NCBI RefSeq assembly: GCF_023055435.1
Contig: NW_025963890.1
Coordinates: forward strand, 44,330,001 to 44,394,000
Direction of reading: 5' to 3'
Source: Haliotis rufescens
Lineage: Eukaryota
DNA: 64,000 nucleotides
The notes beneath the pieces are model-generated. The model ran no database searches. It was not told where the DNA came from and saw nothing but the letters and a program-made list of their open reading frames with translations. Positions 51,112 to 63,213 of the stretch are shown here, in pieces (position 1 is the first letter of the stretch; each line of letters opens with the position of its first letter). The translations under genes and the position numbers were made by a program.

Positions 51112-54100
51112 ACAGGAGAGGCAAACGCTGTGGTTCTGCATCGAAAGAAAGACAAACTGTGAATAAATTTGCGAATGATGGCAGTTTCTTGGAAATGTTT
51201 AAGAAGAAAATGGAAGAGCAAAAGGCTCTTGGTGACAAGCCAGTGACTGTTCCCGATAAAGACGATTCTCCGACACAATCATCTGAAACGGACAGTGGAA
51301 AACTCAGCAAAACGAACATTTTGTCTATTGTAAGATTTCAGAAATTTGTGGTTTGTGCATAGCCTAAAATATTGATTGGACGATTGCTCGATTTTTCATT
51401 AAATTTATGTTATTCACTTAACTGTTCAAGTCTATTTGATGTCAAAGATGTGTGACAATTAAAAATACAGTAAACATATTCTTACGACAGTTGTAGTTTT
51501 GCGCTACGATCGCTATATATATATACCGTATTCGACGTAATAAGCGCCCACAGCGATATTTGATAATATATTGGCTAGTGAACAATTCCAATAAGTGCCC
51601 CTTCCGATTGATCAATGTACACAAGACTTATTTATTCGTGTATTATATGCACTCGTGTGTTATGTGCACTCTTAATTATGGCCAATTAAATTCTTGAAAA
51701 ATATATCTGTCGTGTATAATACACACAGACTTTTCTTTTGTATCATTTCAGGCTGTCAGCATAAACCATGAAATTTATGATTTTTCAACTCTTTTTTTTC
51801 ACCAAAATTTTATTCTAATAAGAGCCACCTATTTCTAATTTTGAGAGCGCCCTGAGCGCTTATTATGTCAAATACGGTAATACATATCTGTGGGTATTGG
51901 ATAGACTATACATATACGTCACTGAATAATTATAATCATGAAAGATCAACACATCTAACAGGGATGGAAATTAACACTAGCCTACTACCCCGGACCAGTT
52001 TTGTTATTGTTGGTATACTTAAGGCCAGGAGGCTAGAATTTCAAACAGTTGCGGGGTATTGTTGTATGTTATGACTATTTGGGCGAGTAGATGTTCTTGG
52101 TTAATTTTGGGGCATTGGGGGTAGCGTAGTGGTTAGGTGTTTCGCCGAAGATCCAGGTTCGATTTCCCACATGGGTCAATGTGTGAAGCCCATTTCTAGT
52201 GTCCCCTGCCGTGATATTGCTGGAATATTGCTAAAAGTGGCGTAAAACTATACTCACTCACTTATTTGGTTAATTTCAATCCTGCCCAATGGTTAACTGA
52301 CAGTCTGAAATAGACTAAAGGTAATACACACCAATGAAAGGTGGACATGAATGCATTTTACTGGACACTTTCTGCCAGTTTGGTAAGGGATGTGCATGGG
52401 CTCCTTCCTTGGTAAGTTTCTTCATTTTTCAGATGCCATTTTTCGATGCCATTCTGAAATAGTAGGGGGTTAAAATGTTGCCTCGATTGGTGTCACTGAT
52501 GAGGTTACCAGTATGGAACTTCTGTTTTCGAGAAATCTTCGATGTTAATGTCCAATTTTCGATTTTTACCAATGTGAATTACTTTGATCCATTTCAAGGT
52601 TAAAACATATTGTACCATACTAATGCAAGCAAAGTCATTTTTTTAATTGGTTTGTGCTTTATCGCCCTATTTTGCAAATAGTTAACATGATAAGGCTGTA
52701 CGTCGCATGCAGGTATATTAGTAGCATCAAACAAACATAGGGGACAGGTGTCCAGTAAAAAGCATGTGTACCGAAATTGTTAGGAATCCTTTACTTTATG
52801 GTGGGATTTTCAGGAAAATTTATTGTAGTTATGGATTGTGTAATTTTGTACCCCCGAATGTGGGGACACATGTAGCCAAGATGCTGCATTTTGCAGTGAA
52901 GAGTTGCATCACTTAGTTGTGTTGAATCTGTGAATTTGGGCTTCAAACCCCAGATTAACCCGATTAAGTACCTAGATTTGCCAGCTTCATACACGTTGGT
53001 TTCAAGTGGATAAGTCTATAATCTGCATCAGTTTGCGCTTTCTTCCTATATTAGGCTGACAGGCCTTGATTTAAATGAAATATTGTTCAAAAAGTATAAA
53101 TAACTCATGCACAAAACAAAAGGTTCTGAAGTACTGTAATAATTTCATACCCAAACAGTGTGATTGGATAAATCTTTGCCAACCCTTTTCCTCAAATAAT
53201 CTTTTACTTTTAATCCTGTTGAACTACATCTGCTCAACATGTTTTTTTCTCTTATTAAATGTATTAGTGAAGTTTTAAATTATTTTTTACATCTAAGATT
53301 ACGTGTGGAAGGTATTCTTTGGATTAAAGGACACTTCGTTATTTTGATTTGTTGCCTTTCTGTTCATGGTGTTGTCATCATCTGGACCTGTGTCGTTATT
53401 ATGATGTTAAGCAGTTTCCTTGTTGGCACATTTTACATAGAAAAGCATTGGCTATAAATATCAGTAATGAATACCGTGATGCCTTATGATAAAAACAGAT
53501 TAACCCTCCTTTATATGTTTCTGACCTATTAGAAAACATCTGGCAAGGTAATATGTGAGAAAAGTAATTGTAGTTTAAAATTAACAAAGGATTATCCTGG
53601 TTAGATAGAAATGGTATGTATGTTCAACTCATTCCCTTATTGGTACATGTTTGACATGACAGGGAGTGCAGATTACCGTATTTGACGCAATAAGCACCAA
53701 GGCGATATTTGCTAATATATTGGCTAGTAAACAATCCGAATGAGCACCCCTGCCGAATGATCAATGTACACACAAGACTTATTTATTCGTGTATAATATG
53801 GGGCGGTCGGGTAGCCTAGTGGTTAAAGCGTACACGCACAGACTTTTCTTTTGTATCATTTCAGGTACATAAACCTTGAAATTTACGATCTTTCAACTCT
53901 GATTTCTTTTTTCACCAAAACTATATTCTATTCAGAGCCCCCTATTTCTAATTTTGAGAGCGCCCTGGGCGCTTATTACGTCAAATACGGTAATGAATAT
54001 AGACTGACAACAAATCACAAATAGATAACTGAGGCATATTTGTGCAAGTGCTATGTACAATTAGTTGTAACGTAAAAGCATTATAAATCTATTATCTGTT

Positions 54101-54854
54101 TGCATGAATATACAACATAGGGAAGGGAGAATCTAGGAACATGTCTCAATTAACAAATAAGTAACTGGTATCTATGCTATATCATGTACAAAGGTATCTG
54201 AAAGGAATTGTACCCATTTTTGTCCCTGGGAGCTGGAATACTGTGGCCTCCATCATCGTCTCAGCTGTAAAGCCATTGTCTCATGATGTTAGTGGTTCTG
54301 TCTCCCCAGGTCGGGAAACGGCGCGGCGGCAGCGCCAAGGTCCTCAAGACGGGTATGGTAAAGAAGCCAAAACAAGAAGAGGATGTATGTATTTGTCTCA
54401 GGAGAACTGTAACAGCCTTACACTTTCTTATGTTCATCACATGTTCATCATGTTCATGGCTACTAGCTCTGCTTAGAACTTCCTTTACATCAACGCTTTT
54501 TATGTTGGGTGTTTCTGCGATCAGTTATCTTGCATAAGAAAACCAGCATGTTTTGGCATAATGAACTTCAAAATTGAAGTATTTGTTGGTTTTCGAAATG
54601 ATCAGTATGGGTAATGATGGTTCTGAAGGGATGAGACTAGGATCTAAATCTGTTGTTTATAAAGCTAAGCCATGTAGGACTGTTTCATTAACACCTTGTG
54701 AAATACCATGATGGTAATATGTTTATTTTACACTTATTTTCAGGAGGACAGTGGTGAGAATAAAGATGGATGGTCCAAGTATCTAGCTGAAGTCAATAAA
54801 TACAAATCACAGATGTGCACGGATGAGGATAAAACACGACCACTAGTCAAATAA
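51105..54854 (+). CDS. TRIR: Telomerase RNA component interacting RNase (C19orf43 homolog), 136 aa; exons 51105-51329, 54310-54384, 54744-54854
   Basis: Phase-0 GT..AG introns. The spliced protein contains NKFANDGSFLEMFKKKME, VGKRRGG..LKTGMVKK and WSKYLAEVNKYKSQMCTDEDKTRPLVK*, the conserved blocks of TRIR/C19orf43. Confidence 0.94.
51525..51879. mobile_element. MITE, TIR TACCGTATTYGACGTAATAAGCGCCC (TRIR intron 1)
   Basis: Matching inverted ends with TA flanks. Same family at 53674-53992 and partially (reverse) at ~48060-48336. Confidence 0.8.
52108..52263 (+). mobile_element. tRNA-derived SINE family 1 (TRIR intron 1)
   Basis: Same head, body and tail as the other copies; TSD TTGGTTAATTT. 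Confidence 0.8.
53674..53992. mobile_element. MITE of the same family carrying a ~33-nt SINE-head fragment (53798-53831)
   Basis: TACCGTATTTGACGCAATAAGC ... GCTTATTACGTCAAATACGGTA. Confidence 0.8.
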
Positions 54855-55199
54855 TACTTGCATCTCATTGTTAATTGTGAAGTTTGCCTGACTTTGTAGC
54901 GATGGATAATGGCTCTCAATTTCTTTTCTTCTTTAACAAGTTTACCTATTTTCTTTTCAGTAAGGGTTATATATTTTTTCACAACAGTTTTGAGGTTTTG
55001 CAATCACCTTCAGGTCACTTGGGCTATCATGAGAATCAGATATGATGTTATTTAATACAGCACTTGCTTAAGCACATTCCTGATGAGGAGGGTGGGTGGT
55101 GTTTCATCATTACATTCTGTGAACAGTTTCAGTCCATGACAATGGATGTGAAGGTGTCATCCCTTGCTTATAGGAGACAAGTGAGTAGAGAACACTAAG

Positions 55200-55537
55200 A
55201 CTTAACAAAATAAAAGAATTGGTTCTCAGGCAATGGTTTTTGAAAATATAGTGCGGGCGGGCGGACAGTGTCTTTTTTTTCTTTTTATAACCAAATAAAC
55301 ATATGTGTAACCAAATAAACAGTTGTGTACAATCAACCTGGGAAAGGGCCTCCATACATAAATGTATTCGTTGATGAGTAAAATACTGGAATACAGAATT
55401 TGACTACAGTTGGACTTGGAATATTTAAGCTTTTTTAATTATTTTTTGAAAATGGAAATTAAAACAAAACATGCGGCAGACTTTGTGATAATGCAGACAG
55501 TGCCTGAGAACCAAGATTATTATTTTTTTTAGCCTAT
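55200..55537. mobile_element. Dispersed repeat (probable MITE) downstream of TRIR; fragments at 47101-47605 and 47820-47945
   Basis: Shared blocks AAAAGAATTGGT(T/C)CTCAGGCA...GGGCGGGCG and TGCCTGAGAACCAAGA..AGCCTA, which are mutually inverted. Confidence 0.6.
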
Positions 55538-56172
55538 TATGACCAAGGTCTGCTCTCTGGGATAAAACATTGCATTGGATAATAACAATCAGTGCATTGC
55601 TTCTAATAATGATTTTTTTATCAAGTTTTCTAGATCCTCGTTATGCTGGTTCAAAGCATTGAAAATAACACAAAATCCTCAAACAAAAATCAGTTAGTGA
55701 TTTTGGCAGCTAGTCTCCCCAAAGAGTCCAGTGTAATATCTTTCAACTATTAGTAGTCATTGTATTAACACAAAGCTCTACAAAAAATGGTGCCCAAATA
55801 AAATATATAGCTGTTTTTCTTAAAAGATTATTTTGCCATTGTGTAGTTGTGGACCAAATATATTTTCACAGAATCATTTGGTATGTATGGCAAGCGTAGT
55901 TTATGCTGGTGTAATGTGAAGAAAATAGGCTGAGTCGTGTTGCATTGTTGTTGCTCAGTTATTGAATGTGGATTAGAAGCAGGCCAAAATGAATTAGGTT
56001 TAATTATATATATGAATGACTTAGCAAATATAGATGTGGTAATGTATATGTGATTTATGTTGATGTGTGGTATTTGTGTCAATAGATTTTGTATGCTGCT
56101 GACAAATCGGTGTGGCTGAGTTATTTACATGAGAATTCCACATACGCTATTACTGAAGTCAAATTCACTCGT

Positions 56173-56280
56173 GGGCCCACTTGCACAAAGTGATCTTAGC
56201 GCTAAGATGATCTTAACTCCCATACTTTAACATAGGTATGATAGTCTTAGCGCTAAGATCATTTTGTGCAAGCGGGCCCA
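56173..56280. mobile_element. Short palindromic MITE (CTTAGCGCTAAG cores)
   Basis: TGGGCCCACTTGCACAAA ... TTTGTGCAAGCGGGCCCA; related copies at 49100-49305 and 49477-49655. Confidence 0.75.
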
Positions 56281-56702
56281 GAACCTGAATGTATTCATCC
56301 TATTTTCTATTATGAAATATTTGTCTTTCAGTCAGATGTTTGATTGTTGACATGTACTCAGACAGCTACACTATCTACCTCATCGTGGCATCGTCACGTC
56401 CACGGGGCATTCCTTTCAATTCCCACTTTAGCTATTCCTCAGCTCGGTGCTGTACTTAAAACAAAGTTTCAGGGATTATTCTTAAACTTTACCTGCAAAT
56501 GATACTAAAATGTAAACATCAACTTTCGAAATTGTTGTCCATTTTCAAGTAAATGAAACAATGTGAAAATTACTTTGAAAAGTTGCTGTGAGTAAAGATA
56601 GAAGTTGATATGTATATTCCTTGTTCCTGATTATACATTTCCAACTTGGACTGCCGTTGCAGGATGCTATGGTCGCTGTATCCCACTGAGTGTGTTGACT
56701 GT

Positions 56703-57219
56703 CGCAATCTCATTAAAATCAGATCTTAGTTATCGCTACCGCTAAACAAAGATCTGAGGACATCCCATTAGGGGTCACGTCAGAACGACCTTTCATCCGA
56801 CCAATCAGAGCATCACTTACCAGGTCATGAAAGTGACAGTCGGAATGTGATTTCTAATCATGCAACCTCGAAAACTTTAGCAAGGGGTATTCCATACGAT
56901 AGTTACGGGTTTAACGACTGAATGCATACAATCTAGACCATATATTTGCCATTCCAGAATGTTCTTTTGTTCTGGTTTCAAATTTTTATTCAAGAATTTG
57001 TCAAAATATGTTTCGAAGTGTAGTCGCCAATTTGAATTTAGTGCTGTAAAGCGCGAGAAAGCTGCCTTCTGATTGGCTAATATCGACTTCTTGTCAGTCC
57101 TTCCATTGGTTGGTTAAAATTCGCGCAAGGTCGGTCTGACGTGACCCGTAATGGAATGTCCTCAGATCTTTGTTTAGCGATAGCTAGAACTAAGATCTTA
57201 TTTTAATGAGATTGTGATT
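56703..57219. mobile_element. Non-autonomous DNA transposon with ~90-bp TIRs
   Basis: CAATCTCATTAAAATCAGATCTTAGTT..GCTAAACAAAGATCTGAGGACAT..GGGTCACGTCAGA mirrored at 57128-57219. Confidence 0.8.
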
Positions 57220-57573
57220 GTCGTGTCTTTTGAAACACCATCACTGCTAATCACCCAGACAGAACATAGAAATGTGTCTATGCTATATCACATGCACTGT
57301 TCTATAAAAACATATTAATTAGAAATGTATTATTTTTCTTACTGGTATCAACATGCTGAAGAAGAAAAACGTTGCTACTGAAGTTTGTGTTCTTGGTAGT
57401 TATCCTTAATTATCCAGTGTATTATATGATAAAAAGAATTTAAAGAACACCCAGTTAGAAGAAAGTATGATCCAGTACCATCCTCCCAGATAGATGAACT
57501 AGTCGTATGAAAGAAATTGGATGTTTTGAAGGTCTTTATGTTATTACTACCCTAAGCCTATTCATAGTTTTGT

Positions 57574-57855
57574 GGGGGGGTACGGGTGGCCCAGTCGTCT
57601 GAGGCGCCGCAATTCGCTGTGCAGAGTTGTGTCCCTTGGGCAAGCCAGAAACCTATGATTGTGGGTTCGAATCCCGATTCGCCCTGATTATGTTTCTAGG
57701 TTTGTCAGCATCATACCCGTGCTCATGGGTTTCACCGAAGTGGTAAACGTCTGAGACCTGCATCACTTCGGGCTTTCCTCCCACATGAAGCTGACACGCC
57801 GTGATATAACTGGAATACTGTTAAAAGCAGCGTAAAACCCAACTCACTCACTCTC
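57574..57855 (+). mobile_element. SINE family 2
   Basis: Full copy with TSD TCATAGTTTTGTG. Confidence 0.88.
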
Positions 57856-58629
57856 TCATAGTTTTGTGTTGGGTCTGCTTCAAATGACACAACATTCAAA
57901 ATGTATCAAACTGATTTGTGATGGTTCATTGTGAACTCCTTGTATCATGGGCTTGCTCTCACAGAGCCCTCATTCTCAATGTAGGTCTTTGCTGAACTCT
58001 GTTTAAGGAGTGATTTGGATTGGTTGTTGATTTCAAGTATTAGTGAGAAGTATTTCAGAGTTAGTGTAAAGAGAGAAGGGGAAGACGTCAGTTCAAAACA
58101 AAGACAGGTCCCAGTTATTTATCCTAGTAGACTGTTGATAACGGATATTATACACTGGATAATCAATGATGGTGATTTAGGTGGTGTTGTCATGTTATGG
58201 AGCTACACAAGTACTTCTGAATGGTGTGTGAAAGATACCCTACCTGTGCTTTGTTGATGATGTAGTACTTTTGCCATTGATACATGTAACAGGTCACCTC
58301 AGCACAGACCTGGATGTGCTATCAATGTACCAGTGTTAACACCTCTTCTCTGAATGACGCTAGACTTGAAATTAAGCTTTTGTTAGTGACTAAGCTGTCA
58401 ATTTTAAGGAAAAATGTCACTCAACTTGAAAAGTGAACATTCTCAGACTGAGATGGTTGCACGAGATCTAGCACTGGTATACACCAGTCATTTTATGAAA
58501 ATGCTGGAAATAAATATGATGGATATTGTACATGGTTTTCTGTTGTTTCTTTGTACCTCTTAGGAAGAGGTTTGAGTCGTCTGACCACACTGGTACCAGT
58601 GCCATTCATTCCTGTGGGGATTCCGGGAT

Positions 58630-58751
58630 AAAATCAGTTATTTCCAGCAACCTGTGCTTGTAACGGGAGGCAACATAATGTATCAGTCTAACCACTGATA
58701 CATTATGTTCCCTTGCATTACAACATAGGTTGCTTGAAATTACTGATTTTA
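58630..58751. repeat. Inverted repeat hairpin, ~58-bp arms, 6-nt loop
   Basis: TAAAATCAGT..AGCAACCT..AACATAATGTATCAGT ctaacc ACTGATACATTATGTT..AGGTTGCT..ACTGATTTTA. Confidence 0.85.
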
Positions 58752-58863
58752 GAAATTGGCACTAGTCCCATAGTCCTTGCCAAACTGCCCAATAGTTAAG
58801 GTATCATAAGGACAAGTAGAAATTTGCTATTTTAAAGGGGTTTGCTATATGTTATCACTTTAA

Positions 58864-59142
58864 GTGAGTGAGTGACTTGAGTTTAACGCCACTTTTAACA
58901 GTATTCCAGTTATATCACGGCGTGTCAGCTTAATGCGGGAGGAAAGCCCGAAGTGATGCAGGTCTCAGACGTTTACCACTTCGGTGAAACCCACGAGCAC
59001 GGGTATGGTGCTGACAAATCTAGAAACATAATTGGGGCGAACCGGGATTCGAACCCACAATCATAGGTTTCTGGCATGCCCAAGGGACGTAACTCTGCAC
59101 AGCGAATCCGGTGCCTTAGACGACTGGGCCACCCGTGCCCCC
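58864..59142 (-). mobile_element. SINE family 2
   Basis: Full reverse copy with a degenerate TSD (TATCACTTTAAG / TATCATTATAAG). Confidence 0.85.
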
Positions 59143-60231
59143 TATCATTATAAGGACTAGTGGACTAAAACTGTTAGTTTCTACCACTGTTAGACTTGGT
59201 TGATTCCGTATCGTTACGTTGGTTATTGTGCCTACAGCATGGATTATTACTCACAATATGAATGACTGGTTTGTTTTGTCCAGACTACCAATCAGTTCTT
59301 GTCAACCCTGTGGAGGTTCTGTTAATACAATGATCAGGCCAGTGACTTGGTGTGCTGCGTTTCATCATACCCAGAGGCCGTGGATCTCTATATCAACCAC
59401 TAGTTGGTCTGGCCTAGACTTGATAGGGCTGCCCTGATATTGCTGACTGCAGCATTAAACATTCACTCCTTTGTCAGACTACTTCAGGATTCCAGGGCTA
59501 ATAGGTCCCAAACATGCATGCTTGTCCTCCAAGCTTAACTTGGTGGCTCGCAGTGAGCAGCCACATCATCTAAATGTGTTGGGATTCAGTAGAGGTGGAG
59601 AATTAGCCTTCTGTCCTTCACTCCCCGTCCCTCCTCATGTATCGGTTCTCTTGGAATAATAAACTTCATGTTTTCAACTGGTATGCAATCCATCTTCAGC
59701 TCTTCACGCAATGTTTTACAATGACCACATGAATCCATCTACTTTGAGGGTTTTATTTTTAAAATACATCTCAATGTACATTTCCATGATCAATTTTTCC
59801 ATACAATTAAATATGTTACATATTTTCTTCCATAACTGAAAGTATGCACATACACTTGAACAGAGCTGATATTGTAGACTTAATGATAGGGGGAAACATT
59901 TTTCGGACAAATACTGGCAATTCCAACTTGAAAGATGTTTGTAAGCACATGGGTATAGGAACAGAGAAGAAAATTGTCACAATGAGTGCAAGGGTACATG
60001 TATATATATATACTCACAGAATCTAAGAAAAATCTTTGATTATAAGATGTCTTATCATTAACCAATTATATTGAGCAAGAGCTTCTGAAAAGAAGAGGTA
60101 AATATTTGAATAGTTCGGTTAATCACGTAAAATCAAGTAAATCCAGACAATGCATGCTATTCATTCACAAGTACTCTTATATACAGTTTCTACAGTGACT
60201 ATTAACAACTTGTCAGATGCAGCCGGAACCA

Positions 60232-61258
60232 AGACAATGTGCTGTCATTGAGGTCGTACAACAATAATGTGTAGCACTTCAGATGATGTGCTGTCATTGA
60301 GGTCATACAACCAAAATCTGTAGCACTTCAGATGTGCTGTCATTGAGGTCGTACAACCATAATGGGAAGCACTTCAGATGAGCTGTCAATGAGGTCATAC
60401 AACAATAATGTGTAGCACTTCAGATGTGCTGTCATTGAGGTCATACAACCATAACGTGTAGCACTTCAGATGATGTGCTGTCATTGAGGTCATACAACCA
60501 TAACGTGTAGCACTTCAGATGATGTGCTGTCATTGAGGTCATACAACCATAATGGGAAGCACTTCAGATGATGTGCTGTCATTGAGGTCATACAACCATA
60601 ATGGGAAGCACTTCAGATGATGTGCTGTCATTGAGGTCATACAACCATAATGGGAAGCACTTCAGATGTGCTGTCATTGAGGTCATACAACCATAATGGG
60701 AAGCACTTCAGATGATGTGCTGTCATTGAGGTCATACAACCATAATGGGAAGCACTTCAGATGATGTGCTGTCATTGAGGTCATACAACCATAATGGGAA
60801 GCACTTCAGATGATGTGCTGTCATTGAGGTCATACAACCATAATGTGTAGCACTTCAGATGATGTGCTGTCATTGAGGTCATACAACCATAATGGGAAGC
60901 ACTTCAGATGTGCTGTCATTGAGGTCATACAACCATAATGTGTAGCACTTCAGACGATGTGCTGTCATTGAGGTCATACAACCATAATGGGAAGCACTTC
61001 AGATGATGTGCTGTCATTGAGGTCATACAACCATAATGTGTAGCACTTCAGATGATGTGCTGTCATTGAGGTCATACAACCATAATATGTAGCACTTCAG
61101 ACGATGTGCTGTCATTGAGGTCATACAACCATAATGTGTAGCACTTCAGATGATGTGCTGTCATTGAGGTCATACAACCATAATGTGTAGCACTTCAGAC
61201 AATGTTGTGTCACCGAGATCATACAACCAAAATAAATAGCACTTAAGACAATGTGCTG
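60232..61258 (+). repeat. 49-bp (46-bp variant) minisatellite, ~21 copies
   Basis: Unit GATGATGTGCTGTCATTGAGGTCATACAACCATAATG(GGA/TGT)AGCACTTCA. Confidence 0.95.
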
Positions 61259-62529
61259 ATAGCAGGTCGAACATACAGTGCCAGGTAGCTATGCAAATGT
61301 CCCAATCGACTAGAATGAAAATATTTTATTTGATCACCCCATTCTAACTAAGGTGCATAGATCTCCCAGACATTGCCTGGGGCAGGACTGGAGGTACAAT
61401 CAGGGGTAAAACAAAGAACACATCAAAGAAACTCCTACCATTGTTTTTTCAATGAAGATGGTACCCTAATCTTCAACTATAAGACCTGTTTGTATTTGAC
61501 CTGCATAATTGCAAAATAAGTTAGTTACCTGTCAATTTTTTGTTACCGGTAGATACTGACTTCTCTGCTTTGGAGAAATGGATTTCATAAAAGTGAAAGA
61601 AATAACCAGAATGGTATTTGGTGGTCAAATATTAAAGTATCCTAGTCTGCCAGGACCCCCAGGCTGTGTGTAGTACTCTGCAACCGGAAACTCATCATCA
61701 CCAGGTACCTGTCTCCGCAACCACCTGTCCTGCACCCACCGCCGCTGTACGTGCTACTGTAGATCATTCCCATGCCCCGAGTCTCCAATGGTTATATGCA
61801 TACAGACAAGTGTATAATGTATGTACAGACAACCCCCATCTCCAGCCACTATATACAGTGACGTGTGCAACTACAGTGCCTTAACAGAACTGACTGGACA
61901 AAGTCAAAACAGTCTCACAGATGTGTAACAAAACAACAACATAAACAAGACAAAACAAGCTTCAACTTTGGTATAACATAGGCAGGAATTGCTCAATAGT
62001 TTCTGTATTTGACGAAACACTTTCTCTAAAAATAAATACATTGTCAAGGTATAACACATTATTTCCACAAATGTCAGCTATTGCCATCATGTTCAGGGCT
62101 CCACTGGTCTTTGTACTGATTTAAGGAAATGCATGGCATGCTGTTTTCTCAGCACACACATTGAGGCTTCATCAATGTCTCGGTTTAAAGAAATGGATGT
62201 ATTGGAATGATAAGTCTCAAGAGTTCATGAACATTTGAATTCCTGGTTAAAGATGAAAACAATAGGAAAAGGAATACAATCCTTATGTGCCAGGGATGTA
62301 AGCATCCGGGCACTTTGTCTTCAAGCAGAACTGATGTGGTTGTACCAAGTATTTACTGATCCTAACTTAGATGTCACAGTGATGACAGAAAGGGACAGAA
62401 GACAGTACAAGACAGTTCCATCTGGTGCGTCCATTTACCACAAACACATATGCTGCAAATTACAAATATATACTCTGATCACATCAACAAGCATGTGCGT
62501 CCGTGGATACATACAGCAACATCATCATG

Positions 62530-62990
62530 ACCCTCTACACAGAGATCATTCAGGAGAAAGCCCCCTATACAGAGTACCTTCAGGAGAAAGCCCTCTTTAG
62601 TGAGTACCTTCAGGAGAAAGCTCTCTATACAGAGTACATTCAGGAGAAAGCCCTCTATACAGAGTACATTCAGGAGAAAGCCCTCTATACAGTGTACCTT
62701 CAGGAGAAAGCCCTCTATACCGAGTACCTTCAGGAGAAAGCCCTCTATACAGAGTACATTCAGGAGAAAGCCCTCTATACAGAGTACCTTCAGGTGAAAG
62801 CCTTCTATACAGAGTACCTTAAGGAGAAAGCCCTCTATACAGAGTAGCGGTACATTCAGGAGAAAGCCCTCTATACAGAGGTCCTTAAGGAGGGCTTCCC
62901 CAATATACAGTACATTCAGGAGAAAGCCTTCTATATAGAGTACCTTTAGGAGAAAGCTCTCTATATAGAGTACATTCATGAGAAAGCCAA
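62530..62990 (+). repeat. 30-bp minisatellite, ~15 copies
   Basis: Unit TAC(A/C)TTCAGGAGAAAGCCCTCTATACAGAG. Confidence 0.95.
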
Positions 62991-63046
62991 GCTTTTCTTG
63001 GTTGGACATTATAGTGAGACAAGAAAGTGGTTTCATGTTGATGCCA

Positions 63047-63213
63047 AGGGGCGGTCGGGTAGCCTAGTGGTTAAAGCATCTGCTCATCACGCCGAAGACC
63101 CGGGTTCGATTCCCGACATGGGTACAATATGTGAAGCCCAATTCTGGTGTCCCCTGCCGTGATATGGCTTGAATATTGCTAAAAGCGGCGTTAAACCATA
63201 CTCACTTACTCAC
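63047..63213 (+). mobile_element. tRNA-derived SINE family 1, full length
   Basis: Intact A and B boxes; TSD GTTGATGCCA at 63037-63046 and 63214-63223. Confidence 0.88.

Noticed and set aside
60232-61258. 49-bp array as CRISPR or coding repeat
   Set aside because: No spacers, unit length is not a multiple of 3 and there is no ORF; an ordinary minisatellite.
63047-63125. Genuine tRNA genes in SINE heads (also 11780, 13022, 46270, 57574)
   Set aside because: Each continues into a SINE body and tail, mostly with TSDs, and lacks a proper acceptor stem and terminator.
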